Below are positions 10,801 to 24,700 of a stretch of DNA of 64,000 bases, piece after piece. This DNA comes from Eledone cirrhosa (Eukaryota). Below the pieces are notes generated by a model that saw nothing but the letters and a program-made list of their open reading frames with translations, was not told where the DNA came from and did no database searches. A program made the translations under genes and the position numbers. How positions within the stretch are numbered: position 1 is the stretch's first letter; each line of letters begins with the position of its first letter. The DNA lies in the NCBI GenBank assembly GCA_964016885.1, contig OZ024742.1, positions 375,782,001 through 375,846,000 on the forward strand, given 5' to 3'.

Positions 10801-13800
10801 GTCTATCTAGACACTCACTAGAGAGTAGGGAAGTATGGAAGGTCTCCTGTCTATCTAGACATTAACAAGAGAGGAGGGAGGTATGGAAGGTCTTCTGTCT
10901 ATCTAGACACTCACTAGAGAGCAGGGAGGTATGGAAGGTCTCCTGTCTGCCTAGACACTCACTAGAGAGCAGGGAGGTATGGAAGGTCTCCTGTCTATCT
11001 AGAAACTCACTAGAGTGCAGGGAGGTATGGAAGGTCTCCTGTCTATCTAGAAACTCACTAGAGTGCAGGGAGGTATGGAAGGTCTCCTGTCTATCTAGAA
11101 ACTCACTAGAGTGCAGGGAGGTATGGAAGGTCTCCTGTCTATCTAGAAACTCACTAGAAAGCAGGGAGGTATGGAAGGTCTCCTGTCTATCTAGAAACTC
11201 ACTATAGAGCAGGGAGGTATGGAAGTTCTCCTGTCTATCTAGACACTCACTAGAGAGCAGGGAGGTATGGAAGGTCTCCTGTCTATCTAGACACTCACTA
11301 TAGAGCAGGGAGGTATGGAAGGTCTCCTGTCTATCTAGACACTCACTAGAGAGCAGGGAGGTATGGAAGGTCTCCTGTGTATCTAGACACTCAGTAGAGA
11401 GCAGGGAGGTACGGAATGTCTCCTGTCTATCTAGAGACTCACTAGAGAGCAGGGAGGTATGGAAGGTCTCCTGTCTATCTAGACACTCAGTAGAGAGTAG
11501 GGTGGTATCGAAGGTCTCATGTCTATCTAGACACTCAGTAGAGAGCAGGGTGGTATGGAAGGTCTCCTGTCTATCTAGACACTCAGTAGAGAGTAGGGTG
11601 GTATCGAAGGTCTCCTGTCTATCTAGAAACTCACTAGAGTGCAGGGAGGTATGGAAGTTCTCCTGTCTATCTAGACACTCACTAGAGAGCAGGGAGGTAT
11701 GGAAGGTCTCCTGTCTATCTAGAAACTCACTAGAGAGCAGGGTGGTATGGAAGTTCTCCTGTCTATCTAGACACTCACTAGAGTGCAGGGAGGTATGGAA
11801 GTTCTCCTGTCTATCTAGACACTCACTAGAGAGCAGGGAGGTATGGAAGGTCTCCTGTCTATCTAGACACTCAGTAGAGAGCAGGATGGTATGGAAGGTC
11901 TCCTGTCTATCTAGAGACTCACTAGAGAGCAGGGAGGTATGGAAGGTCTCCTGTCTATCTAGACACTCAGTAGAGAGCAGGGAGGTATGGAAGGTCTCCT
12001 GTCTATCTAGAAACTCACTAGAGAGCAGGGTGGTATGGAAGGTATACTGTCTATCTAGACACTCAGTAGAGAGCAGGGAGGCATGGAAGGTCTCCTGTCT
12101 ATCTAGAAACTCACTAGAGTGCAGGGAGGTATGGAAGTTCTCCTGTCTATCTAGACACTCAGTAGAGAGCAGGGAGGTATGGAAGGTCTCCTGTCTATCT
12201 AGAAACTCACTAGAGTGCAGGGAGGTATGGAAGTTCTCCTGTCTATCTAGACACTCAGTAGAGAGCAGGGAGGTATGGAAGGTCTCCTGTGTATCTAGAA
12301 ACTCACTAGAGTGCAGGGAGGTATGGAAGTTCTCCTGTCTATCTAGACACTCACTAGAGAGCAGGGAGATATGGAAGGTCTCCTGTCTATCTAGAGACTC
12401 ACTAGAGAGCAGGGAGGTATGGAAGGTCTCCTGTCTATCTAGACACTCAGTAGAGAGCAGGAAGTTCTCCTCTCTATCTAGACACTCAGTAGAGAGCAGG
12501 GAGGTATGGAAGGTCTGCTGGCTATCTACACACCCAGTAGAGAGGAGGGAGGTATGGAAGGTCTCCTGTCTATCTAGACACTAACTAGAGAGCAGGGAGG
12601 AATGAAAGGTCTCCTGTCTATCTAGACAGTCAGTCGAGTGCAGGGAGGTATGTAAGGTCTCCTGTCTATCTAGACACTCAGTAGAGAGGAAGGAGGTATG
12701 GAAGGTCTCCTGTCTATCTAGACATTCACTAGAGAGCAGGGAGGTATGGATGGTCTCCTGTCTATCTAGACATTCACTAGAGAGCAGGGAGGTATGGAAG
12801 GTCTCCTGTCTATCTAGACATTCACTAGAGAGCAGGGAGGTATGGAAGGTCTCCTGTCTGTCTAGACACTCACTAGAGAGCAGGCAGGTATGGAAGGTCT
12901 CCTGTCTATCTAGACACTCACTAGAGAGCAGGGAGGTATGGGAGGTCTCCTGTCTATCTAGACACTCACTAGAGAGCAGGGAGGTATGGAAGGTCTCCTG
13001 TCTATCTAGACACTCACTAGAGAGCAGGGAGGTATGGAAGTTCTCCTGTCTATCTAGACATTCACTAGAGATCAGGGAGGTATGGATGGTCTCCTGTCTA
13101 TCTAAACACTCACTAGAGAGCAGGGAGGTATGGAAGGTCTCCTGTCTATCTAGACATTCACTAGAGAGCAGGGAGGTATGGAAGGTCTCCTGTCTGTCTA
13201 GACACTCACTAGCGAGCAGGCAGGTATGGAAGGTCTCCTGTCTATCTAGACACTCACTAGAGAGCAGGGAGGTATGGAAGGTCTCCTGTCTATCTAGACA
13301 CTCACTAGAGAGCAGGGAGGTATGGAAGGTCTCCTGTCTATCTAGACACTCACTAGAGAGCAGGCAGGTATGGAAGGTCTGCTGTCTATCTAGACACTCA
13401 CTAGAGAGCAGGGAGGTATGGAAGGTCTCCTGTCTATCTAGACACTCACTAGAGAGCAGGGAGGTATGGAAGGTCTCCTGTCTATCTAGAAACTCACTAT
13501 AGAGCAGGGAGGTATGGAAGTTCTCCTGTCTATCTAGACACTCACTAGAGAGCAGGGAGGTATGGAAGGTCTCCTGTCTATCTAGAAACTCACTAGAGTG
13601 CAGGGAGGTATGGAAGTTCTCCTGTCTATCTAGACACTCACTAGAGAGCAGGGAGATATGGAAGGTCTCCTGTCTATCTAGAGACTCACTAGAGAGCAGG
13701 GAGGTATGGAAGGTCTCCTGTCTATCTAGACACTCAGTAGAGAGCAGGAAGTTCTCCTGTCTATCTAGACACTCAGTAGAGAGGAGGGAGGTATGGAAGG

Positions 13801-16800
13801 TCTCCTGTCTATCTAGACACTCACTAGAGAGCAGGGAGGAATTAAAGGTCTCCTGTCTATCTAGACAGTCAGTCGAGTGCAGGGAGGTATGTAAGGTCTC
13901 CTGTCTATCTAGACACTCAGTAGAGAGGAGGGAGGTATGGAAGGTCTCCTGTCTATCTAGACATTCACTAGAGAGCAGGGAGGTATGGATGGTCTCCTGT
14001 CTATCTAAACACTCACTAGAGAGCAGGGAGGTATGGAAGGTCTCCTGTCTATCTAGACATTCACTAGAGAGCAGGGAGGTATGGAAGGTCTCCTGTCTGT
14101 CTAGACACTCACTAGAGAGCAGGCAGGTATGGAAGGTCTCCTGTCTATCTAGACACTCACTAGAGAGCAGGGAGGTATGGAAGGTCTCCTGTCTATCTAG
14201 ACACTCACTAGAGAGCAGGGAGGTATGGAAGGTCTCCTGTCTATCTAGACACTCACTAGAGAGCAGGGAGGTATGGAAGGTCTCCTGTCTATCTAGACAC
14301 TCACTAGAGAGCAGGGAGGTATGGAAGGTCTTCTGTCTATCTAGACACTCACTAGAGAGCAGGGTGGTATGGATGGTCTCCTGTCTAGCTAGACACTCAG
14401 TAGAGAGCAGGGAGGTATGGAAGTTCTCGTGTCTATCTAGACATTCACTAGAGAGCAGGGAGGTATGGATGGTCTCCTGTCTATCTAAACACTCACTAGA
14501 GAGCAGGGAGGTATGGAAGGTATCCTGTCTATCTAGACATTCACTAGAGAGCAGGGACGTATGGAAGGTCTCCTGTCTGTCTAGACACTCACTAGAGAGC
14601 AGGCAGGTATGGAAGGTCTCCTGTCTATCTAGACACTCACTAGAGAGCAGGGAGGTATGGAAGGTCTCCTGTCTATCTAGACACTCACTAGAGAGCAGGG
14701 AGGTATGGAAGGTCTCCTGTCTATCTAGACACTCACTAGAGAGCAGGGAGGTATGGAAGGTCTCCTGTCTGTCTAGACACTCACTAGAGAGCAGGCAGGT
14801 ATGGAAGGTCTGCCGTCTATCTAGACACTCACTAGAGAGCAGGGAGGTATGGAAGGTCTCCTGTCTGTCTAGACACTCACTAGAGAGCAGGCAGGTATGG
14901 AAGGTCTGCTGTCTATCTAGACACTCACTAGAGAGCAGGGAGGTATGGAAGGTCTCCTGTCTATCTAGACACTCACTAGAGAGCAGGGAGGTATGGAAGG
15001 TCTCCTGTCTATCTAGACACTCACTAGAGAGCAGGGAGGTATGGAAGGTCTCCTGTCTATCTAGACACTCACTAGAGAGCAGGGAGGTATGGAAGGTCTT
15101 CTGTCTATCTAGACACTCACTAGAGAGCAGGGAGGTATGGAAGGTCTCCTGTCTATCTAGACACTCACTAGAGAGCAGGGAGGTATGGAAGGTCTCCTGT
15201 CTGCCTAGACACTCACTAGAGAGCAGGGAGGTATGTAAGGTCTCCTGTCTATCTAGACACTCACTAGAGAGTAGGGAAGTATGGAAGGTCTCCTGTCTAT
15301 CTAGACATTAACAAGAGAGGAGGGAGGTATGGAAGGTCTCCTGTCTATCTAGACACTCACTAGAGAGTAGGGAGGTATGGAAGGTCTCCTGTCTGCCTAG
15401 ACACTCACTAGAGAGCAGGGAGGTATGGAAGGTCTCCTGTCTATCTAGACACTCACTAGAGAGCAGGGAGGTATGGAAGGTCTCCTGTCTGCCTAGACAC
15501 TCACTAGAGAGCAGGGAGGTATGGAAGGTCTCCTGTCTATCTAGAAACTCACTAGAGTGCAGGGAGGTATGGAAGGTCTCCTGTCTATCTAGAAACTCAC
15601 TAGAGAGCAGGAAGGTATGGAAGGTCTCCTGTCTATCTAGAAACTCACTATAGAGCAGGGAGGTATGGAAGTTCTCCTGTCTATCTAGACACTCACTAGA
15701 GAGCAGGGAGGTATGGAAGGTCTCCTGTCTATCTAGACACTCACTATAGAGCAGGGAGGTATGGAAGGTCTCCTGTCTATCTAGACACTCACTAGAGAGC
15801 AGGGAGGTATGGAAGGTCTCCTGTGTATCTAGACACTCAGTAGAGAGCAGGGAGGTACGGAATGTCTCCTGTCTATCTAGAGACTCACTAGAGAGCAGGG
15901 AGGTATGGAAGGTCTCCTGTCTATCTAGACACTCAGTAGAGAGCAGGGTGGTATGGAAGGTCTCCTGTCTATCTAGACACTCAGTAGAGCGCAGGGTGGT
16001 ATGGAAGGTCTCCTGTCTATCTAGACACTCAGTAGAGAGTAGGGTGGTATCGAAGGTCTCCTGTCTATCTAGACACTCAGTAGAGAGCAGGGTGGTATGG
16101 AAGGTCTCCTGTCTATCTAGACACTCAGTAGAGAGTAGGGTGGTATCGAAGGTCTCCTGTCTATCTAGAAACTCACTAGAGTGCAGGGAGGTATGGAAGT
16201 TCTCCTGTCTATCTAGACACTCACTAGAGAGCAGGGAGGTATGGAAGGTCTCCTGTCTATCTAGAAACTCACTAGAGAGCAGGGTGGTATGGAAGTTCTC
16301 CTGTCTATCTAGACACTCACTAGAGTGCAGGGAGGTATGGAAGTTCTCCTGTCTATCTAGACACTCACTAGAGAGCAGGGAGGTATGGAAGGTCTCCTGT
16401 CTATCTAGACACTCAGTAGAGAGCAGGGTGGTATGGAAGGTCTCCTGTCTATCTAGAGACTCACTAGAGAGCAGGGAGGTATGGAAGGTCTCCTGTCTAT
16501 CTAGACACTCAGTAGAGAGCAGGGAGGTATGGAAGGTCTCCTGTCTATCTAGAAACTCATTAGAGAGCAGGGTGGTATGGAAGGTATACTGTCTATCTAG
16601 ACACTCAGTAGAGAGCAGGGAGGCATGGAAGGTCTCCTGTCTATCTAGAAACTCACTAGAGTGCAGGGAGGTATGGAAGTTCTCCTGTCTATCTAGACAC
16701 TCAGTAGAGAGCAGGGAGGTATGGAAGGTCTCCTGTCTATCTAGAAACTCACTAGAGTGCAGGGAGGTATGGAAGTTCTCCTGTCTATCTAGACACTCAG

Positions 16801-18700
16801 TAGAGAGCAGAGAGGTATGGAAGGTCTCCTGTCTATCTAGAAACTCACTAGAGTGCAGGGAGGTATGGAAGTTCTCCTGTCTATCTAGACACTCAGTAGA
16901 GAGCAGGGAAGTATGGAAGGTCTCCTGTGTATCTAGAAACTCACTAGAGTGCAGGGAGGTATGGAAGTTCTCCTGTCTATCTAGACACTCACTAGAGAGC
17001 AGGGAGATATGGAAGGTCTCCTGTCTATCTAGAGACTCACTAGAGAGCAGGGAGGTATGGAAGGTCTCCTGTCCATCTAGACACTCAGTAGAGAGCAGGA
17101 AGTTCTCCTGTCTATCTAGACACTCAGTAGAGAGCAGGGAGGTATGGAATGTCTCCTGTCTATCTACACACCCAGTAGAGAGGAGGGAGGTATGGAAGGT
17201 CTCCTGTCTATCTAGACACTCACTAGAGAGCAGGGAGGAATGAAAGGTCTCCTGTCTATCTAGACAGTCAGTCGAGTGCAGGGAGGTATGTAAGGTCTCC
17301 TGTCTATCTAGACACTCACTAGAGAGGAAGGAGGTATGGAAGGTCTCCTGTCTATCTAGACATTCACTAGAGAGCAGGGAGGTATGGATGGTCTCCTGTC
17401 TATCTAAACACTCACTAGAGAGCAGGGAGGTATGGAAGGTCTCCTGTCTATCTAGACATTCACTAGAGAGCAGGGAGGTATGGAAGGTCTCCTGTCTATC
17501 TAGACACTCACTAGAGAGCAGGCAGGTATGGAAGGTCTCCTGTCTATCTAGACATTAACTAGAGAGCAGGCAGGTATGGAAGGTCTCCTGTCTATCTAGA
17601 CACTCACTAGAGAGCAGGCAGGTATGGAAGGTCTCCTGTCTATCTAGACACTCACTAGAGAGCAGGGAGGTATGGAAGGTCTCCTGTCTATCTAGACACT
17701 CACTAGAGAGCAGGGAGGTATGGAAGGTCTCCTGTCTATCTAGACACTCACTAGAGAGCAGGCAGGTATGGAAGGTCTCCTGTCTATCTAGACATTAACT
17801 AGAGAGCAGGCAGGTATGGAAGGTCTCCTGTCTATCTAGACACTCACTAGAGAGCAGGCAGGTATGGAAGGTCTCCTGTCTATCTAGACACTCACTAGAG
17901 AGCAGGGAGGTATGGAAGGTCTCCTGTCTATCTAGACACTCACTAGAGAGCAGGGAGGTATGGAAGGTCTCCTGTCTATCTAGACACTCACTAGAGAGCA
18001 GGGAGGTATGGAAGGTCTCCTGTCTGTCTAGACACTCACTAGAGAGCAGGCAGGTATGGAAGGTCTGCCGTCTATCTAGACACTCACTAGAGAGCAGGGA
18101 GGTATGGAAGGTCTCCTGTCTGTCTAGACACTCACTAGAGAGCAGGCAGGTATGGAAGGTCTGCTGTCTATCTAGACACTCACTAGAGAGCAGGGAGGTA
18201 TGGAAGGTCTCCTGTCTATCTAGACACTCACTAGAGAGCAGGGAGGTATGGAAGGTCTCCTGTCTATCTAGACACTCACTAGAGAGCAGGGAGGTATGGA
18301 AGGTCTCCTGTCTATCTAGACACTCACTAGAGAGCAGGGAGGTATGGAAGGTCTCCTGTCTGTCTAGACACTCACTAGAGAGCAGGCAGGTATGGAAGGT
18401 CTGCCGTCTATCTAGACACTCACTAGAGAGCAGGGAGGTATGGAAGGTCGCCTGTCTGTCTAGACACTCACTAGAGAGCAGGCAGGTATGGAAGGTCTGC
18501 TGTCTATCTAGACACTCACTAGAGAGCAGGGAGGTATGGAAGGTCTCCTGTCTATCTAGAAACTCACTATAGAGCAGGGAGGTATGGAAGTTCTCCTGTC
18601 TATATAGAAACTCACTATAGAGCAGGGAGGTATGGAAGTTCTCCTGTCTATCTAGACACTCACTAGAGAGCAGGGAGGTATGGAAGGTCTCCTGTCTATC
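4850..18700 (+). repeat. Irregular higher-order region with a ~3.2-3.4 kb period and a superimposed ~7.7 kb-offset duplication
   Basis: The landmark GACAGTCAGTCGAGTGC occurs at 6211, 9466, 12625, 13864 and 17263 (spacings 3255, 3159, 1239, 3399, each n x 48 - 9). ORFs 8151..9446 and 15948..17243 translate identically (offset 7797). ORFs at 6336 and 13989 share most of their sequence (offset 7653). Confidence 0.88.
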
Positions 18701-21700
18701 TAGAAACTCACTATAGAGCAGGGAGGTATGGAAGTTCTCCTGTCTATCTAGACACTCAGTAGAGAGCAGGGAGGTATGGAAGGTCTCCTGTCTATCTAGA
18801 GACTCACTAGAGAGCAGGGAGGTATGGAAGGTCTCCTGTCTATCTAGAGACTCACTAGAGAGCAGGGAGGTATGGAAGGTCTCCTGTCTATCTAGAGACT
18901 CACTAGAGAGCAGGGAGGTATGGAAGTTCTCCTGTCTATCTAGACACTCACTAGAGAGCAGGGAGGTATGGAAGGTCTCCTGTCTATCTAGAAACTCACT
19001 ATAGAGCAGGGAGGTATCGAAGGTCTCCAGTCTATCTAGACACTCAGTAGAGACCAGAGAGGTATGGAAGGTCTCCTGTCTATCTAGACACTCAGTAGAG
19101 AGCAGGGTGGTATGGAAGGTCTCCTGTCTATCTAGACACTCACTAGAGAGCAGGGAGGTATGGAAGGTCTCCTGTCTATCTAGACACTCACTAGAGAGCA
19201 GGGAGGTATGGAAGGTCTCCTGTCTATCTAGACACTCACTAGAGAGCAGGGAGGTATGGAAGGTCTCCTGTCTATCTAGAGACTCACTAGAGAGCAGGGA
19301 GGTATGGAAGGTCTCCAGTCTATCTAGACACTCAGTAGAGAGCAGAGAGGTATGGAAGGTCTCCTGTCTATCTAGATACTCAGTAGAGAGCAGGGTGGTA
19401 TGGAAGGTCTCCTGTCTATCTAGACACTCACTAGAGAGCAGGGAGGTATGGAAGGTCTCCTGTCTATCTAGACACTCACTAGAGAGCAGGGAGGTATGGA
19501 AGGTCTCCTGTCTATCTAGAGACTCACTAGAGAGCAGGGAGGTATGGAAGGTCTCCTGTCTATCTAGACACTCAGTAGAGAGCAGGGTGGTATGGAAGGT
19601 CTCCTGTCTATCTAGACACTCACTAGAGAGCAGGGAGGTATGGAAGGTCTCCTGTCTATCTAGAGACTCACTAGAGAGCAGGGAGGTATGGAAGGTCTCC
19701 TGTCTATCTAGACACTCAGTAGAGAGCAGGGAGGTATGGAAGGTCTCCTGTCTATCTAGACACTCAGTAGAGAGCAGGGAGGTATGGAAGGTCTCCTGTC
19801 TATCTAGACACTCACTAGAGGGCAGGGTGGTATGGAAGGTCTCCTGTCTATCTAGACACTCACTAGAGAGCAGGGAGGTATGGAAGGTCTCCTGTCTATC
19901 TAGACACTCACTAGAGGGCAGGGTGGTATGGAAGGTCTCCTGTCTATCTAGACACTCACTAGAGAGCAGGGAGGTATGGAATGTCTCCTGTCTATCTAGA
20001 CACTCACTAGAGGGCAGGGTGGTATGGAAGGTCTCCTGTCTATCTAGACACTCAGTAGACAGCAGGGTGGTAGGAAGGTCTCCTGTCTATCTAGAGACTC
20101 ACTAGAGAGCAGGGAGGTATGGAAGGTCTCCTGTCTATCTAGACACTCACTAGAGGGCAGGGTGGTATGGAAGGTCTCCTGTCTATCTAGACACTCACTA
20201 GAGAGCAGGGAGGTATGGAAGGTCTCCTGTCTATCTAGACACTCACTAGAGGGCAGGGTGGTATGGAAGGTCTCCTGTCTATCTAGACACTCACTAGAGA
20301 GCAGGGTGGTATGGAAGGTCTCCTGTCTATCTAGAGACTCACTAGAGAGCAGGGAGGTATGGAAGGTCTCCTGTCTATCTAGACACTCACTAGAGGGCAG
20401 GGTGGTATGGAAGGTCTCCTATCTATCTAGACACTCACTAGAGAGCAGGGAGGTATGGAAGGTCTCCTGTCTATCTAGAAACTCACTAGAGAGCAGGGAG
20501 GTATGGAAGGTCTCCTGTCTATCTAGAAACTCACTAGAGTGCAGGGAGGTATGGAAGGTCTCCTGTCTATCTAGACACTCAGTAGAGAGCAGGGTGGTAT
20601 GGAAGGTCTCCTGTCTATCTAGACACTCACTAGAGAGCAGGGAGGTATGGAAGGTCTCCTGTCTATCTAGAGACTCACTAGAGAGCAGGGAGGTATGGAA
20701 GGTCTCCTGTCTATCTAGACACTCAGTAGAGAGCAGGGAGGTATGGAAGGTCTCCTGTCTATCTAGACACTCAGTAGAGAGCAGGCAGGTATGGAAGGTC
20801 TCCTGTCTATCTAGACACTCAGTAGAGAGCAGGGAGGTATGGAAGGTCTCCTGTCTATCTAGACACTCAGTAGACAGCAGGGTGGTATGGAAGGTCTCCT
20901 GTCTATCTAGAGACTCACTAGAGAGCAGGGAGGTATGGAAGGTCTCCTGTCTATCTAGACACTCACTAGAGGGCAGGGTGGTATGGAAGGTCTCCTGTCT
21001 ATCTAGACACTCACTAGAGAGCAGGGAGGTATGGAAGGTCTCCTGTCTATCTAGACACTCACTAGGGGGCAGGGTGGTATGGAAGGTCTCCTGTCTATCT
21101 AGAGACTCACTAGAGAGCAGGGAGGTATGGAAGGTCTCCTGTCTATCTAGACACTCAGTAGAGAGCAGGGAGGTATGGAAGGTCTCCTGTCTATCTAGAC
21201 ATTCACTAGAGAGCAGGGATGTATGGAAGGTCTCCTGTCTATCTAGACACTCAGTAGAGAGCAGGAAGTTCTCCTGTCTATCTAGACACTCAGTAGAGAG
21301 CAGGGAGGTATGGAAGGTCTCCTGTCTATCTACACACCCAGTAGAGAGGAGGGAGGTATGGAAGGTCTCCTGTCTATCTAGACACTCACTAGAGAGCAGG
21401 GAGGAATGAAAGGTCTCCTGTCTATCTAGACAGTCAGTCGAGTGCAGGGAGGTATGTAAGGTCTCCTGTCTATCTAGACACTCAGTAGAGAGGAGGGAGG
21501 TATGGAAGGTCTCCTGTCTATCTAGACATTCACTAGAGAGCAGGGAGGTATGGATGGTCTCCTGCTATCTAAACACTCACTAGAGAGCAGGGAGGTATGG
21601 AAGGTCTCCTGTCTATCTAGACATTCACTAGAGAGCAGGGAGGTATGGAAGGTCTCCTGTCTGTCTAGACACTCACTAGAGAGCAGGCAGGTATGGAAGG

Positions 21701-24700
21701 TCTCCTGTCTATCTAGACACTCACTAGAGAGCAGGGAGGTATGGAACGTCTCCTGTCTATCTAGACACTCACTAGAGAGCAGGGAGGTATGGAAGGTCTC
21801 CTGTCTATCTAGACACTCACTAGAGAGCAGGGAGGTATGGATGGTCTCCTGTCTATCTAAACACTCACTAAAGAGCAGGGAGGTATGGAAGGTCTCCTGT
21901 CTATCTAGACATTCACTAGAGAGCAGGGAGGTATGGAAGGTCTCCTGTCTGTCTAGACACTCACTAGAGAGCAGGCAGGTATGGAAGGTCTCCTGTCTAT
22001 CTAGACACTCACTAGAGAGCAGGGAGGTATGGAAGGTCTCCTGTCTATCTAGACACTCACTAGAGAGCAGGGAGGTATGGAAGGTCTCCTGTCTATCTAG
22101 ACACTCACTAGAGAGCAGGGAGGTATGGAAGGTCTCCTGTCTGTCTAGACACTCACTAGAGAGCAGGCAGGTATGGAAGGTCTGCCGTCTATCTAGACAC
22201 TCACTAGAGAGCAGGGAGGTATGGAAGGTCTCCTGTCTGTCTAGACACTCACTAGAGAGCAGGCAGGTATGGAAGGTCTGCTGTCTATCTAGACACTCGC
22301 TAGAGAGCAGGGAGGTATGGAAGGTCTCCTGTCTATCTAGACACTCACTAGAGAGCAGGGAGGTATGGAAGGTCTCCTGTCTATCTAGACATTCACTAGA
22401 GAGCAGGGAGGTATGGAAGGTCTCCTGTCTGTCTAGACACTCACTAGAGAGCAGGCAGGTATGGAAGGTCTCCTGTCTATCTAGACACTCACTAGAGAGC
22501 AGGGAGGTATGGAAGGTCTCCTGTCTATCTAGACACTCACTAGAGAGCAGGGAGGTATGGAAGGTCGCCTGTCTGTCTAGACACTCACTAGAGAGCAGGC
22601 ATGTATGGAAGGTCTGCTGTCTATCTAGACACTCACTAGAGAGCAGGGAGGTATGGAAGGTCTCCTGTCTATCTAGAAACTCACTATAGAGCAGGGAGGT
22701 ATGGAAGTTCTCCTGTCTATCTAGACACTCACTAGAGAGCAGGGAGGTATGGAAGGTCTCCTGTCTATCTAGACACTCACTATAGAGCAGGGAGGTATGG
22801 AAGGTCTCCTGTCTATCTAGACACTCACTAGAGAGCAGGGAGGTATGGAAGGTCTGCTGTCTATCTAGACACTCACTAGAGAGCAGGGAGGTATGGAAGT
22901 TCTCCTGTCTATCTAGACACTCACTAGAGAGCAGGGAGGTATGGAAGGTCTCCTGTCTATCTAGACACTCACTATAGAGCAGGGAGGAATGGAAGGTCTC
23001 CTGTCTATCTAGAAACTCACTATAGAGCAGGGAGGTATGGAAGTTCTCCTGTCTATCTAGACACTCAGTAGAGAGCAGGGAGGTATGGAAGGTCTCCTGT
23101 CTATCTAGAGACTCACTAGAGAGCAGGGAGGTATGGAAGGTCTCCTGTCTATCTAGAGACTCACTAGAGAGCAGGGAGGTATGGAAGGTCTCCAGTCTAT
23201 CTAGACACTCAGTAGAGAGCAGAGAGGTATGGAAGGTCTCCTGTCTATCTAGACACTCAGTAGAGAGCAGGGTGGTATGGAAGGTCTCCTGTCTATCTAG
23301 ACACTCACTAGAGAGCAGGGAGGTATGGAAGGTCTCCTGTCTATCTAGACACTCACTAGAGAGCAGGGAGGTATGGAAGGTCTCCTGTCTATCTAGACAC
23401 TCACTAGAGAGCAGGGAGGTATGGAAGGTCTCCTGTCTATCTAGAGACTCACTAGAGAGCAGGGAGGTATGGAAGGTCTCCAGTCTATCTAGACACTCAG
23501 TAGAGAGCAGAGAGGTATGGAAGGTCTCCTGTCTATCTAGACACTCAGTAGAGAGCAGGGTGGTATGGAAGGTCTCCTGTCTATCTAGACACTCAGTAGA
23601 GAGCAGGGAGGTATGGAAGGTCTCCTGTCTATCTAGAGACTCACTAGAGAGCAGGGAGGTATGGAAGGTCACCAGTCTATCTAGACACTCAGTAGAGAGC
23701 AGAGAGGTATGGAAGGTCTCCTGTCTGTCTAGACACTCACTAGAGAGCAGGCAGGTATGGAAGGTCTGCTGTCTATCTAGACACTCGCTAGAGAGCAGGG
23801 AGGTATGGAAGGTCTCCTGTCTATCTAGACACTCACTAGAGAGCAGGGAGGTATGGAAGGTCTCCTGTCTATCTAGACATTCACTAGAGAGCAGGGAGGT
23901 ATGGAAGGTCTCCTGTCTGTCTAAACACTCACTAGAGAGCAGGCAGGTATGGAAGGTCTCCTGTCTATCTAGACACTCACTAGAGAGCAGGGAGGTATGG
24001 AAGGTCTCCTGTCTATCTAGACACTCACTAGATAGCAGGGAGGTATGGAAGGTCGCCTGTCTGTCTAGACACTCACTAGAGAGCAGGCAGGTATGGAAGG
24101 TCTGCTGTCTATCTAGACACACACTAGAGAGCAGGGAGGTATGGAAGGTCTCCTGTCTATCTAGACACTAACTAGAGAGCAGGGAGGTATGGAAGGTCGC
24201 CTGTCTGTCTAGACACTCACTAGAGAGCAGGCAGGTATGGAAGGTCTGCTGTCTATCTAGACACTCACTAGAGAGCAGGGAGGTATGGAAGGTCTCCTGT
24301 CTATCTAGACACTCACTAGATAGCAGGGAGGTATGGAAGGTCGCCTGTCTGTCTAGACACTCACTAGAGAGCAGGCAGGTATGGAAGGTCTGCTGTCTAT
24401 CTAGACACTCACTAGAGAGCAGGGAGGTATGGAAGGTCTCCTGTCTATCTAGACACTCACTATAGAGCAGGGAGGTATGGAAGGTCTCCTGTCTATCTAG
24501 ACACTCACTAGAGAGCAGGGAGGTATGGAAGGTCTGCTGTCTATCTAGACACTCACTAGAGAGCAGGGAGGTATGGAAGTTCTCCTGTCTATCTAGACAC
24601 TCACTAGAGAGCAGGGAGGTATGGAAGGTCTCCTGTCTATCTAGACACTCACTATAGAGCAGGGAGGAATGGAAGGTCTCCTGTCTATCTAGAAACTCAC

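Noticed and set aside
19818-19830. Variant GAGGGCAGGGTGG, whose reverse complement fits the human PRDM9 13-mer CCNCCNTNNCCNC and resembles the minisatellite core GGGCAGG
   Set aside because: The motif is degenerate and specific to human PRDM9 alleles. The organism is unknown, and G-rich repeats match it easily by chance.
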